Below are positions 12,156 through 22,844 of a stretch of 64,000 bases of DNA, one piece after another; within the stretch, counting starts at the first letter, position 1, and each line of letters begins with the position of its first letter. Location of the stretch: the NCBI GenBank assembly GCA_038131935.1, contig JAYPQH010000017.1, positions 64,001 through 128,000 on the forward strand, written 5' to 3'. The stretch is from Alphaproteobacteria bacterium. Lineage in GTDB: Bacteria > Pseudomonadota > Alphaproteobacteria > UBA8317. The notes under the pieces were generated by a model. The model ran no database searches and was not told the origin of the DNA. It saw only the letters and a list, made by a program, of their open reading frames with translations. The position numbers were made by a program, and so were the translations under genes.

Positions 12156-14186
12156 ATGTTCAATAAAATACTTGTTGCAAACCGCGGTGAAATTGCCTGC
12201 CGGATCATCAAAACCGCCCGAAAAATGGGCATTAAAACGGTAGCTGTTTATTCTGATGTGGACCGAGATGGTTTGCATGTCCGCATGGCAGATGAGGCCG
12301 TTCATATAGGTGGTGCAGCTGCATCATCGTCATATTTGCTGGCAGATAAAATTGTGGAAGCAAGCCAATTAACTGGTGCTGAGGCTGTTCACCCAGGATA
12401 TGGTTTTTTGTCGGAACGACCAGGCTTCGAAGAAACACTCAAGAAAGCAGGAATATCCTTTATTGGGCCCAATAGCCGAGCCATTGAAGCTATGGGTGAT
12501 AAAATTGCATCAAAAAAGCTTGCGGCTGAAGCTGGTGTTAGCACGGTGCCTGGTTTCTTAGGTGTTATTCCTGACACAGAAGAAGCTGTACGCATTGCCG
12601 AGGGTATCGGCTATCCTGTCATGATGAAAGCCTCTGCCGGTGGTGGTGGTAAAGGTATGAGGGTTGCATGGAATGAGCAAGAAGTTAGGGATGGCTTCTC
12701 CGCAGCAATGAATGAAGCTCGGTCATCGTTTGGTGATGATCGGGTTTTTATTGAAAAATTTATTACCACGCCCAGGCATATCGAAATCCAAGTTCTTGGG
12801 GATAAATTTGGAAATATAATTCATTTATGCGAACGAGAATGCTCCATACAACGTCGTCACCAAAAAGTGATTGAAGAGGCCCCATCACCATTTTTAGATG
12901 AGCAAACACGTGCTGCTATGGGTGAGCAAGCCATTGCTCTGGCCCGTGCCGTGGATTATGATTCTGCCGGAACCGTTGAGTTTATCGTTGATTCTGAACG
13001 TAATTTTTACTTCTTAGAGATGAATACAAGGCTTCAAGTGGAGCATCCTGTGACAGAACTGATCACGGGTGTAGACCTCGTAGAGCAAATGATACGTGTG
13101 GCCGCTGGGGAAAAACTCTCCTTAACACAGAGTGATATTCAGATTGATGGTTGGGCAATGGAATCTAGGATTTATGCTGAGGACCCAATGCGAAATTTCC
13201 TTCCATCCATTGGTCGGGTTGTTCGGTATCAAACACCAGAAGAAGTGAGCCAAAAGAATGGCTGCACCGTGCGGGTGGATACCGGTATTTATGAGGGTGG
13301 GGATGTCTCGATTTACTATGATCCCATGATTGCTAAACTTTGTACCCATGCTTCCACACGCGACGAAGCGATTAAGATGATGCTGGATGCGTTAAATCAA
13401 ACAGAGGTGCAAGGCTTAGGGCATAATATCGTATTTTTGGCAGCTATGATGCGGGATAAAAATTTCCAGTCTGGAGATATATCCACAAATTTCATTGCGG
13501 AAACCTATCCTGAGGGCTTTAAACCTCGTTCGACTTCGGCTGAGGATCGGGAATTTCTGGCCCTGTTCGCCGCTGGGTTACATGTACGCGAGGAACAACG
13601 CCTAACCGATGAAACAAAGCATGGATCTCATCATACCTTCAGCCAAGATAAGACATTATGTGCGATCTTCGGTCCGGTAGGTCAAATTCAACATATGCAT
13701 GAAATGCGTGTTTCTCAAATTACAGAAAATGAAATTTTGATCCGGCTTATGGGTGAAAATATCATGGAAGAAGTAAAGGTTTCAATGTTGTCACCTAGAC
13801 GTGACCCCGTCCAGCGCTTCTTGGTTAATGGAAAGCCAATGGCTGCGCGAATTTCAACGAACAAATTAGGTTACAATATTTCTTGGTCGGGTTGTGTTGA
13901 AGACATCATGGTGCTGTCGCCGAGGGCCGCGGAACTTTTACGTTTCATGCCTCATAAAATGCCACCAGACACATCGAAGCTTTTGCAGTGTCCTATGCCT
14001 GGGTTATTGGTCTCGTTGGCTGTTTCCGTTGGCGATGAAGTTCAGCCTGGTCAACCTCTAGCGGTGGTAGAGGCCATGAAAATGGAGAACATTCTGCGTG
14101 CGGAACGTAAGGGAGTGGTGCAATCTATCAACGCAGACGTGGGGGCTTCGCTGAGCGTCGATCAGGTCATTATGGAATTTGAGTGA
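12156..14186 (+). CDS. pccA: Propionyl-CoA carboxylase alpha subunit (biotin carboxylase + BCCP)
   Basis: ANRGEIA, HPGYGFLSE, EMNTRLQVEH, EAMKM biotin site; follows pccB. Confidence 0.93.
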   Translation: MFNKILVANRGEIACRIIKTARKMGIKTVAVYSDVDRDGLHVRMADEAVHIGGAAASSSYLLADKIVEASQLTGAEAVHPGYGFLSERPGFEETLKKAGISFIGPNSRAIEAMGDKIASKKLAAEAGVSTVPGFLGVIPDTEEAVRIAEGIGYPVMMKASAGGGGKGMRVAWNEQEVRDGFSAAMNEARSSFGDDRVFIEKFITTPRHIEIQVLGDKFGNIIHLCERECSIQRRHQKVIEEAPSPFLDEQTRAAMGEQAIALARAVDYDSAGTVEFIVDSERNFYFLEMNTRLQVEHPVTELITGVDLVEQMIRVAAGEKLSLTQSDIQIDGWAMESRIYAEDPMRNFLPSIGRVVRYQTPEEVSQKNGCTVRVDTGIYEGGDVSIYYDPMIAKLCTHASTRDEAIKMMLDALNQTEVQGLGHNIVFLAAMMRDKNFQSGDISTNFIAETYPEGFKPRSTSAEDREFLALFAAGLHVREEQRLTDETKHGSHHTFSQDKTLCAIFGPVGQIQHMHEMRVSQITENEILIRLMGENIMEEVKVSMLSPRRDPVQRFLVNGKPMAARISTNKLGYNISWSGCVEDIMVLSPRAAELLRFMPHKMPPDTSKLLQCPMPGLLVSLAVSVGDEVQPGQPLAVVEAMKMENILRAERKGVVQSINADVGASLSVDQVIMEFE

Positions 14187-14799
14187 ATGCTGTCGGAAGA
14201 TGCCGCATAAGGATATCATCAAATGCCTTCATGCTGATCATGACACCTTGTTCGTGAAGTGAGGTAACACCACGATCTTCTATCCCGCATGGCACGATGC
14301 GTTGAAAGTCTGACAGGTCGTTACAAATATTTATTGCCATCCCATGATGGAAAATTCTTTTTGAAACACGTATTCCCAGGGCAGCAATTTTTTTCTCGGA
14401 TTGATGGTGACCAACCCATACCCCAGTTCGTCCTGGGATAACCTTTCCTGAAATGCCAACATCTTTAAGTGCCGCTAATATCCATTCTTCAAGATGTCGC
14501 AGATATAGCCTCACATCATCTTTAAATCGCGCTGTTTTAACTATTGGGTAAATAACCCTTTGACCAAGATTGTGAACCGTATATTGGCCGCCTCTTCCTG
14601 CATCGAAGACGGGTAATTCACCTTGATCAAGTAGATCTTCAACTTTAGCGGACGTTCCAGCTGTGATGACGGGTTGATGCTCTAACCACCATATTTCCTC
14701 ATCTTGTTGTTCTTTCGCGCAGCCAGCAACATGTGCGCGCATGGCGTCAAGACAGGGACCAAAGGGCTGTGGGGTGGTGAAAAATTTATGTTTCATCAT
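14170..14799 (-). CDS. lipB: Lipoyl(octanoyl) transferase
   Basis: LEHQPVITAG, GRGGQYT, KIAALG, HGMAIN, IVPCG. Confidence 0.92.
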   Translation of the reverse strand: MMKHKFFTTPQPFGPCLDAMRAHVAGCAKEQQDEEIWWLEHQPVITAGTSAKVEDLLDQGELPVFDAGRGGQYTVHNLGQRVIYPIVKTARFKDDVRLYLRHLEEWILAALKDVGISGKVIPGRTGVWVGHHQSEKKIAALGIRVSKRIFHHGMAINICNDLSDFQRIVPCGIEDRGVTSLHEQGVMISMKAFDDILMRHLPTAFTQIP

Positions 14800-14867
14800 A
14801 CTTGGGTAATACACCATCTTCACTCTTCACAAAAGAGAGGTAGTCTGGTAGATCCGTCGTCTGGTTT

Positions 14868-14954
14868 GCGGTCGTGGCGGAATTGGTAGACGCGCAGCGT
14901 TGAGGTCGCTGTGGGATAAAACCCGTGGAAGTTCGAGTCTTCTCGACCGCACCA
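14868..14954 (+). tRNA. tRNA-Leu (anticodon GAG)
   Basis: GCGGTCG acceptor stem, GGAATTGGTAGAC D-loop, CAGCG-TTGAGGT-CGCTG anticodon arm, long variable arm, GTTCGAGTC T-loop, encoded CCA. Confidence 0.96.
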
Positions 14955-15075
14955 TTCAATATGTTGTTTCTTGAGAAACACATAAGAAACTTTGCAAAAG
15001 AGTATCGTGAGGTTTGAAAACTGTTGGGTTTTGCCCTCTTTTGGGGCGCGTAAGGGTTGGGGAGCATGAGCACCA

Positions 15076-16452
15076 ATGGTTATGGCAGCATCAGCACAAT
15101 CTGAAACGATGGAACTTACCCCAGAATATGTTCGAAAAATACTATCTTCCCTAGATGCCGATAATCACGAAAATGTTCGTACTCTTTTGGGTCATCTTCA
15201 TCCCGCGGATATCGCTGATTTGCTTGGCTTGGTAAAGCGCGATGAACGTCATGAACTCATTGGATGTCTGCCAGCAGACAATCTTGCTGAAATACTCATT
15301 GAACTGGATGGTTTTGCGAGGGATGATATTGTTCAAGAGTTGGCTGAGCAGGAACCTGAGACAATCGCCAATGCTGTACGGGCGTTGCAAAGTGACGACG
15401 CACTATATTTGTTAGAAGATCTGAATGATCAAGCCCGAAATGCGGTGTTGGACTTTGTCCCTGAGGAGCGACAATCTATTGAGGCGGGCTTATTGTATCC
15501 TGAAGGTTGTGCTGGGAGGATTATGCAGCGCGAGGTCATCTCGGTGCCTGTCTCTTGGACAGTGGGTCAAGTCATTGATTTTATGAGAAGTACATCAAAT
15601 TTGCCCAAATCCTTTTATGATTTGTTTGTCGTTGATGCATCGAATAGGCCCCGTGGCACTGTTGCGTTGTCTGCTTTGTTGAGGTCTCAGCGCGCCACCA
15701 TGGTCATTGACATTGCAGATCGTGATTTGGATCTTGTTGATGTACTTACCGATCAAGAAGAAGTTGCTTTTCAGTTTAAACAGTATGATTTGACATCAGC
15801 GCCTGTGGTTGACGCGCAAGGCTCTCTCATCGGTGTTATACAAGTCGACGATATCATGGATGTCATTGATCAAGAGGCTGATGAAGACATCAAGCGTTTG
15901 GCGGGTGTAGGTGATGAAACGGTGGCTGATAGCTTCTTATCAACAGCCCGAAAACGTTTGATCTGGCTCATGATAAATCTTGTAACAGCTTTTATGGCTG
16001 CAAGTGTGATTGCGCAATTTGAAGAACAGATTAATAGCCTTGTCGCCTTGGCTGTGTTGATGCCCATCGTTGCCGCTGTGGGGGGAAATGCAGGTACACA
16101 ATCGCTTACTGTTGCGGTGCGGGCGTTAGCTGATCGTTCCCTCACGCAAACCAATGCTATGCGTGTTGTAAGTCGAGAAGCGCTTGTTGGATTTGTAAAT
16201 GGCGTTCTTTTGGCGGCCTTAACAGGAGGGGTGTCTTTTTTCTGGTTTGAAAATGGTTTGTTGTCGGGGGTTATTGCAGTAGCTATGGTCCTGAACATGA
16301 TAACGGCTGCATTGTTCAGGGTGCTTGTTCCTCTTATCTTGGAGCGTTTGGGTGCAGATCCCGCGGTATCTTCAGGGGTTTTTGTCTCCACCACGACAGA
16401 TGTTGTGGGTTTTTTCGCCTTCCTCGGGTTGGCAACCGTTGTTCTCCTATAA
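15076..16452 (+). CDS. mgtE: Magnesium transporter MgtE
   Basis: HPADIADLL N-domain, two CBS domains, GGNAGTQ, DPA...TTDVVG membrane domain. Confidence 0.95.
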   Translation: MVMAASAQSETMELTPEYVRKILSSLDADNHENVRTLLGHLHPADIADLLGLVKRDERHELIGCLPADNLAEILIELDGFARDDIVQELAEQEPETIANAVRALQSDDALYLLEDLNDQARNAVLDFVPEERQSIEAGLLYPEGCAGRIMQREVISVPVSWTVGQVIDFMRSTSNLPKSFYDLFVVDASNRPRGTVALSALLRSQRATMVIDIADRDLDLVDVLTDQEEVAFQFKQYDLTSAPVVDAQGSLIGVIQVDDIMDVIDQEADEDIKRLAGVGDETVADSFLSTARKRLIWLMINLVTAFMAASVIAQFEEQINSLVALAVLMPIVAAVGGNAGTQSLTVAVRALADRSLTQTNAMRVVSREALVGFVNGVLLAALTGGVSFFWFENGLLSGVIAVAMVLNMITAALFRVLVPLILERLGADPAVSSGVFVSTTTDVVGFFAFLGLATVVLL

Positions 16453-16473
16453 CCTGTGACAGGTTGGTTTTAT

Positions 16474-16905
16474 ATGTCTGAAATTGTTCATCTTAAAAAG
16501 CTTGCCGTGGGTGCTGAAAATATTTCGAGTTTAGAAAGGTGGCAACAAGGTGGATGCATGCTTTTGGCACGGCAAATGGGTTATTACGTACCATTTCACA
16601 GAAACCGACAAATGCACAAACGAGCGGATGATATCCGAAAAGGGGGTTCATTATTTTGGATTATAAAAAGACGTATCGTTGTGCGCCAGCCTATAATTGA
16701 GCTTAACGCGGTTGATCATGAGGGACAAAAATTTTGTGATATTCTGCTTGATCCCAAACTGGTGCTGGTAACCCCTAGACATCATAGACCCTTTCAAGGG
16801 TGGCGTTACCTTAAGAGTAAGGACGTTCCTTCTGATATTCCGGTCTCACAAACAAATGCACCAGCAGGTTTATTGTCAGAGCTTGAAGATCTGGGCCTTC
16901 TTTAA
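16474..16905 (+). CDS. DUF1489 family protein
   Basis: HLKKLAVG, GGSLFWIIK, RPFQGWRYL and ELxxLGLL C-terminus are typical of this alphaproteobacterial family. Confidence 0.8.
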   Translation: MSEIVHLKKLAVGAENISSLERWQQGGCMLLARQMGYYVPFHRNRQMHKRADDIRKGGSLFWIIKRRIVVRQPIIELNAVDHEGQKFCDILLDPKLVLVTPRHHRPFQGWRYLKSKDVPSDIPVSQTNAPAGLLSELEDLGLL

Positions 16906-17734
16906 AGAGAAATATTATCAATCAATCTCGTTGTGCCCATATATGCAGCCGCAAGCAATCGATCGCCTGTTTGGGCAGGAAATGCAGGGGAGAGATCTTG
17001 GAAACGTCCAGCATACACATAGTCTATCTGATCAAATCCTGAATTCTGCAGCATAACGGTACCTCTTTCTTGGATGGCCTCGGGCGATAGATTATGGCGA
17101 AGAATTTCGAGGGATAGGTCTTGCAGCATTTGATGCATTCCCACGGCTTTTTTTCGTTCATCAATTGAGAGATACGCGTTGCGGGAAGATAAGGCCAATC
17201 CATCTTTATCTCTAACTGTCGGGCAGGCAAGTATCTGACAAGGTAAGCGACAGTCTTCTACCATTTCACAAATAACCCGATATTGCTGAAAATCTTTTTC
17301 TCCAAAGATGGCAACATCGGGGCTAATGCCACCAATCAATTTGTTCACAACTGTTGCAACACCACGGAAAAAACCAGGTCGATGTGCTCCCTCAAGAATT
17401 GTGCCTATAGGTCCTGGTTCAACCATGGTCCTGGGACCTTGTGGGTAAAGGTCTGTAACATCGGGGGCATAAAGATAGTCCACCTGTAAAGATTTTAGTT
17501 TCTCTATATCTTGGTCAAAAGTTCTAGGATATGTCCCAAAATCTTCATCGGCCGCAAATTGGGTAGGGTTAACAAAAATGGAGACGATAACCGCATCGGC
17601 ATTTTTTTCGCTGCTTCGATCAGGCTTAAATGACCTTCGTGTAAAGCGCCCATCGTGGGTACCAAGGCAAGAGATTGGCCGGGAGTTCGGCGCTGGCGAA
17701 AGTCCGAAAGATGACGGACGATAACAAGGGACAT
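16902..17734 (-). CDS. panC: Pantoate--beta-alanine ligase (apparent frameshift at ~17605)
   Basis: [14 protein letters not shown] in one frame; [31 protein letters not shown] in the next. An A7 run needs one more A. Confidence 0.95.
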
Positions 17735-17858
17735 GACGAAACAAGCCTAGTTCTGGTTGACATTGAAATAGGGCTCGTGCACGCAAAAAGATGAAAGTTC
17801 AAGTCCCAACATAACGGTCAAAAGTTCAACATTGATGTTTTTGGAGTAGAATTTATTT

Positions 17859-18665
17859 ATGCATGTTATCATATTGGGTAATGAAAAAGGTGGCAGTGGG
17901 AAAACCACAACCTCTATGCATCTTACAACATCTTTATTGGCAATGGGCCAAACTGTGGCTGCCATGGATTTAGATGTACGCCAAAGGTCCTTTACCCGCT
18001 ATTTAGAAAATAGGCTTGCTTACGCAGCTAGGCATGAAATGTCCCTCACTCAGCCACGCTATATCAGATTTCAGCCATCGGAGCTGTCTGACAAAGCATT
18101 GGCTGCTGAAGAAGATACGATACGCATAAAAGATTGTTTGTCGCGTGCGGAAGATTGCGATTTTGTGGTTATTGATTGCCCAGGCTCAGATAGTACAGCT
18201 TCTCGTGTAGCTCATGATCATGCTGATACGATTATTACCCCCATTAATGATTCTTTTGTTGATTTAGATTTGATTGGACATGTGGATCCCGATAGTTTCG
18301 AGGTTTTAACCCCGAGTTATTACGCAGAGATGGTGTTTAAAGCCAGGCAACGTCGGGCTGGGCGAGATAAAAAACAAATTGACTGGGTTATCCTTCGCAA
18401 TCGTTTGTCTCAGCTTCAGGCACACAACCAACAGCGTGTTGGTGATGCATTGATTAACCTCTCAAAACGCGTTGGTTTTCGTGTTGTTCCAGGCATGTCT
18501 GAGCGGGTTATCTTTAGAGAACTTTTCCCTAAAGGTTTAACATTGATGGATTTGGGACAGGAAGAAAAACAAGCCAAAATGACCATGTCTCACATCGCAG
18601 CGCGACAAGAAGTAAGGGCACTCATCGCGGCTTTGCAGCTCCCTTTACATGAGCAAAATTCTTAA
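17859..18665 (+). CDS. mipZ: Division plane positioning ATPase MipZ
   Basis: GNEKGGSGKTT, IDCPG, TPINDSFVDLD, ERVIFRELFPKGLTL, SHIAARQEVR. Confidence 0.9.
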   Translation: MHVIILGNEKGGSGKTTTSMHLTTSLLAMGQTVAAMDLDVRQRSFTRYLENRLAYAARHEMSLTQPRYIRFQPSELSDKALAAEEDTIRIKDCLSRAEDCDFVVIDCPGSDSTASRVAHDHADTIITPINDSFVDLDLIGHVDPDSFEVLTPSYYAEMVFKARQRRAGRDKKQIDWVILRNRLSQLQAHNQQRVGDALINLSKRVGFRVVPGMSERVIFRELFPKGLTLMDLGQEEKQAKMTMSHIAARQEVRALIAALQLPLHEQNS

Positions 18666-18738
18666 AATGGGTTTTCTCTTGGCGAATGGGCCCAACTTGG
18701 TTAAGCAATCGATGGATAGATTGTAGGAGTTAATATCT

Positions 18739-19620
18739 ATGGCACGAGTACGAAAGGCTATTTTTCCTGTCGCTGGAATGGGTACAAGATTTTTACCTGC
18801 CACCAAGGCGATGCCAAAGGAAATGCTGCCCGTAGTCGATAAGCCTATCATTCAATATGCTGTGGAAGAGGCACAAGAGGCTGGTATTGAAGAGTTTATA
18901 TTTGTTACCGGACGCGGTAAAACCTCATTAGAGGATCATTTTGATCGCGCACCAGAACTTGAAAGATTGCTTCAAGACCGTGGCAAAGAAAAGCAGCTAC
19001 ATATGCTTCGACAAGCACAGCTGGCATCAGGACAAATTGCGTATACCCGCCAGTATGACCCTTTGGGTTTAGGTCATGCTGTTTTATGCGCCCAACATTT
19101 GGTGAATGGCGAGCCATTTGCTGTGATCCTTCCTGATGATCTCATCAAAAGTAAAACCTCCTGTCTCACTCAAATGGTGCAAGTGCACAAAAAGCTTGGC
19201 GGAAATTTGGTAGCTGTCATGGAAGTGGAAGGTAGGGCGATTGAGCGTTATGGAGTCATTCAACCGGGGCAGCGACAAGATAATTGGGTTGCTGTAGAGA
19301 ATGTTATAGAAAAACCTTCTTATGCCATGGCACCATCTAATCTTGCCGTTATTGGTCGATATATCCTTGACCCCAGTATTTTTGATTACCTACGTGAGGC
19401 AAATCCTGGTTCTGGAGGTGAAATCCAGCTCACGGATGCCATGGCAAAACTTATTGCCCCCGGTTCTTTCCATGGTGTGCTTTTTGAAGGTCAACGTTTT
19501 GATTGCGGCGATAAAGCTGGCTTTGTTCAGGCAACTGTAGCTTTTGCTTTGGATCGCGAAGATATTGGAGCTGATGTGGGACGTTTTGTGACACAACTGG
19601 CTGATCGTATACAACAGTAG
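18739..19620 (+). CDS. galU: UTP--glucose-1-phosphate uridylyltransferase
   Basis: KAIFPVAGMGTRFLPATKAMPKEML, GEIQLTDA. Confidence 0.96.
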   Translation: MARVRKAIFPVAGMGTRFLPATKAMPKEMLPVVDKPIIQYAVEEAQEAGIEEFIFVTGRGKTSLEDHFDRAPELERLLQDRGKEKQLHMLRQAQLASGQIAYTRQYDPLGLGHAVLCAQHLVNGEPFAVILPDDLIKSKTSCLTQMVQVHKKLGGNLVAVMEVEGRAIERYGVIQPGQRQDNWVAVENVIEKPSYAMAPSNLAVIGRYILDPSIFDYLREANPGSGGEIQLTDAMAKLIAPGSFHGVLFEGQRFDCGDKAGFVQATVAFALDREDIGADVGRFVTQLADRIQQ

Positions 19621-19632
19621 GGAAATAGATAG

Positions 19633-20941
19633 ATGCATGTGGTGATGATTGGTACCGGCTATGTAGGCTTGGTTTCAGGAACATGTTTTGCAGATTTTGG
19701 TCATCATGTTGTTTGTGTGGACAACAATCCTGAAAAGATTGAGTTGTTACAAAATGGCGAAATTCCTATTTATGAGCCAGGTCTAGACCTTATGGTCGCA
19801 AAAAATGTAGCCGCAGGAAGACTTCTCTTTACGCAAGATATTTCTGCAGCTGTTGCAAAAGCAGATGTTGTATTTATTGCTGTTGGTACACCATCGCGTC
19901 GAGGCGATGGTCATGCCGATCTTCAATATGTGTTCGCAGCCGTCGATGAAGTCGCCGATGCAATGATCAAATCAACAGTGGTGGTCACCAAATCTACTGT
20001 TCCTGTTGGAACCAACCGGAAGATTGAAGTCCGTTTAAAGGAACGTCGGCCAGACTTGGATATTTTTGTGGCATCAAACCCAGAATTTTTACGAGAAGGC
20101 TCAGCAATTGAAGATTTCAAGCGACCAGATCGCATTGTAGTTGGGGCAGAGACAACTCATGCACAAACAGTCATGGAGCGTCTGTATCGCCCATTGCGAT
20201 TAAACAAAATTCCATTGATGACCACTGGGCTTGAAACCGCTGAATTGATTAAATACGCATCAAATGCGTTTCTGGCAACGAAGATTAGCTTTATTAATGA
20301 GATGGCCAATCTTTGTGAGCAAGTGGGGGCAAATGTTCAAGATGTTGCTCGGGGAATGGGTTCTGACAACCGAATTGGCCCCAAATTTCTTCATGCTGGA
20401 CCAGGATATGGTGGTTCCTGTTTCCCAAAGATACCCTGGCACTTGTAAAACCGGTCGAGACCATAACGCTCCCATCACCATCGTCGAGCAGGTGGTTGCG
20501 GTGAACGAGCAGCGTAAAATGGATATGGCTAACAAAATTCTTCATGCAGCTGGTGGATCTTTGGCGGATAAGCATGTCGCAATTTTGGGTGTTACATTTA
20601 AACCCAACACAGATGACATGCGTGATGCACCCAGCTTGGTCATTATCCCCCAATTGCAAAAATGGGGGGCACATGTTGTTGCGCATGATCCAGAGGGCAT
20701 GAAGGAAGCGGCGAAGGTTCTCTCAGATGTCACATGGGCAGAGGGGCCCATGGAAGCCGTGCAGAATGCTGACATACTGGTGTTGCTAACCGAATGGGAT
20801 ATGTACCGAGCTCTTCATTTGGATGAAGTTGCGCAAAGCATGCGAGGCCATATTTTTGTTGACTTGCGCAATGTCTACAGTCGCGAGGAAGTTGCCGAAT
20901 ATGGACTGTCGTTCACAGGAGTAGGTATCCCTCACAGCTGA
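19633..20941 (+). CDS. ugd: UDP-glucose 6-dehydrogenase (apparent frameshift at ~20428-20450)
   Basis: GTGYVG, NPEFLREG, GYGGSCFPK, FKPNTDDMR. Restoring two A's gives the canonical FPKDTLALVK. Confidence 0.95.
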
Positions 20942-20943
20942 TT

Positions 20944-22179
20944 TTATCCCAAGTCAGGTGCAAGAGAAATACAATCCATTCCATTTCGAATAAGCAATTT
21001 ACAGGCTGACTTTGCTTGTTTCTTTGTTATACCTGTAATGCGTGCGCGGTATAAAACTTTGCCACTTCGGCCCTGTATTTGGGCGATTTGTACTGTTCCT
21101 GATAAGTTGGTCTTGTCGATGGCTTCACGCGCGGCATTCTTTGCCACACGAGGAGCATAAAAAGCGCCTACCTGAATAGTCCAATCCCCTGAGCTTTGAG
21201 ATGATTCTAGGATGAGTGCCCCAAGTTCATCCACTGGCCTTGGACGGGGAAAAGATTGATTGTCCCTATCTGTATGGCTTGCCTGAAGTGAGAAACTTCC
21301 CTCGTAAGCTTCATATCCTTCCGGAGCAGGTTCTGGTCTTGGAGGTGTGGGACTCGAAAGTGCCCAAGTCGGCTGATGAGGAATCTTTCGGAATGACCTC
21401 TGTAATATATCTTGTACATGGGCATTTCTACTTCGGCCTGATTTACCCCCCAAAACAACAGCCACCAATCGTTGTCCTTTTTGTACTGATGTTGCCAACA
21501 AATTAAATCCAGCTGCACGGGTGTAGCCCGTTTTTACCCCATCCGTACCACTGAAGCGGCCAAGGAGTTTGTTATGGTTGCGGTAAGTTCTACCTTGAAA
21601 GGAGAATGAACGGGTAGAAAAATACCTATAATAGTAAGGAAAATCATTTATCATCGCGAGCGCCAACCTCGCCATATCTCGTGCTGTTGTGAGTTGTTTG
21701 CGGTGGGTTAACCCAGAGGCGTTCATAAAGCGCGTCCTCTTCATCCCTAAGCGCTTTGCAGTTTGGGTCATACGCCGCGCGAATGCGGATTCGGATCCCG
21801 ATATATGTTCTGCGACGGCCGTTGCGATATCATTTGCTGATTTTACAGCCAAAGCATAGATAGCATCTTCAACGGAGATTTTTTCTCCTTTTTTTAAGCC
21901 AAGCCTTGAAGGAGGGCGACGCGTGGCGTTGTAGGAGATTGTTATTTTGTCTTGCAGTTGAATGCGACCATTTTCCAACTCCGTGAATAATTCATACAAT
22001 GTCATCACTTTTGTCAGTGATGCGGGGTGGCGAAGAGCATTGGAATTCTCTGCATAGAGAACTTGCCCACTATTCGCATGTATCACGAAACCTGCATACT
22101 TATTATTGGCTTCAACCTTAAAAGGGTTGGCCAACAGCAAAGCAGACATACAAAACAAAATATACAAACAATTTTTCAT
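20944..22179 (-). CDS. D-alanyl-D-alanine carboxypeptidase (S11) with C-terminal SPOR domain
   Basis: Signal peptide, PASLTK (SxxK), SAND (SxN), KTG, and WTIQVGAF...YRARI SPOR-like domain. Confidence 0.92.
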   Translation of the reverse strand: MKNCLYILFCMSALLLANPFKVEANNKYAGFVIHANSGQVLYAENSNALRHPASLTKVMTLYELFTELENGRIQLQDKITISYNATRRPPSRLGLKKGEKISVEDAIYALAVKSANDIATAVAEHISGSESAFARRMTQTAKRLGMKRTRFMNASGLTHRKQLTTARDMARLALAMINDFPYYYRYFSTRSFSFQGRTYRNHNKLLGRFSGTDGVKTGYTRAAGFNLLATSVQKGQRLVAVVLGGKSGRSRNAHVQDILQRSFRKIPHQPTWALSSPTPPRPEPAPEGYEAYEGSFSLQASHTDRDNQSFPRPRPVDELGALILESSQSSGDWTIQVGAFYAPRVAKNAAREAIDKTNLSGTVQIAQIQGRSGKVLYRARITGITKKQAKSACKLLIRNGMDCISLAPDLG

Positions 22180-22215
22180 GAGATGTTCATATCAACTTTC
22201 AACTGATTTGAAAAA

Positions 22216-22235
22216 TTTGCTGCAGTGCACAAAAA
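22216..22235. promoter_or_regulatory. Putative PhaR operator upstream of the phasin gene
   Basis: TTTGCTGCAGTGCACAAAAA has a TGC-N3-GCA core; near-identical to the site upstream of phaA; TTGACC -35-like hexamer at 22240. Confidence 0.65.
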
Positions 22236-22345
22236 TTGATTGACCTACCCAAAAAGTTCCTGTAGTCACATATATGTTTCAATGCAAAAAATATGTACGC
22301 AAGCTTCGTCTTGCGTTGTTACGTTCTAAATTAGGAGTGTGTCCC

Positions 22346-22771
22346 ATGAAAGAATACATGAATACCCAACAAATCGAAACAAATATGAAAAAAGTCTTTG
22401 AGCAATCTTCTAAGAATATGGAAGATATGACAAGCATGACCAAAGAGAATGTTGAAGCTTTTGTGCAAACAATGACAATTGCCAGCAAGGGTATGGAAGA
22501 AATGATGGCAGAAATGATGTCATTCACCAAACAGCAAGCTGACGATTTTGCAAAAGTTGTGAAAGAGGTTTCGACAGTGAAATCTGTAGAAGATCTTGTT
22601 AACCAGCAGTCAACATTCACCAAACAAACATTTGAAGCCTATGTCGAAGAAATGACCAAAGTTGGTGATATGATGATCGCAACAACAAAAGACGCCATGG
22701 AGCCACTCAACGCACGTATGAATGCCATGAGTGATCATATGTCTTCCGCCATGAACAACGCCCAGGTGTGA
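22346..22771 (+). CDS. Phasin (PHA granule-associated protein)
   Basis: Helical 141-aa protein with KENVEA, VKSVEDL..QQS.F.K..FE and EPLNAR patterns; AGGAG RBS; typical dac-phasin-clpS-clpA context. Confidence 0.85.
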   Translation: MKEYMNTQQIETNMKKVFEQSSKNMEDMTSMTKENVEAFVQTMTIASKGMEEMMAEMMSFTKQQADDFAKVVKEVSTVKSVEDLVNQQSTFTKQTFEAYVEEMTKVGDMMIATTKDAMEPLNARMNAMSDHMSSAMNNAQV

Positions 22772-22802
22772 AGCTAGATTTTACCATATTTTTTAGGTAA
22801 TG

Positions 22803-22835
22803 AATCCCGCGGTTTTGACTGCGGGATTTTTTTTT
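22803..22835 (+). terminator. Intrinsic terminator after phasin
   Basis: AATCCCGCGGT-TTTG-ACTGCGGGATT hairpin followed by a T run. Confidence 0.88.
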
Positions 22836-22844
22836 GGGAACGAT

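Noticed and set aside
14868-15076. tRNA-Leu integration site or Mg2+ riboswitch upstream of mgtE
   Set aside because: Only about 120 nt with two short hairpins; too short for an M-box, and no mobile genes nearby.
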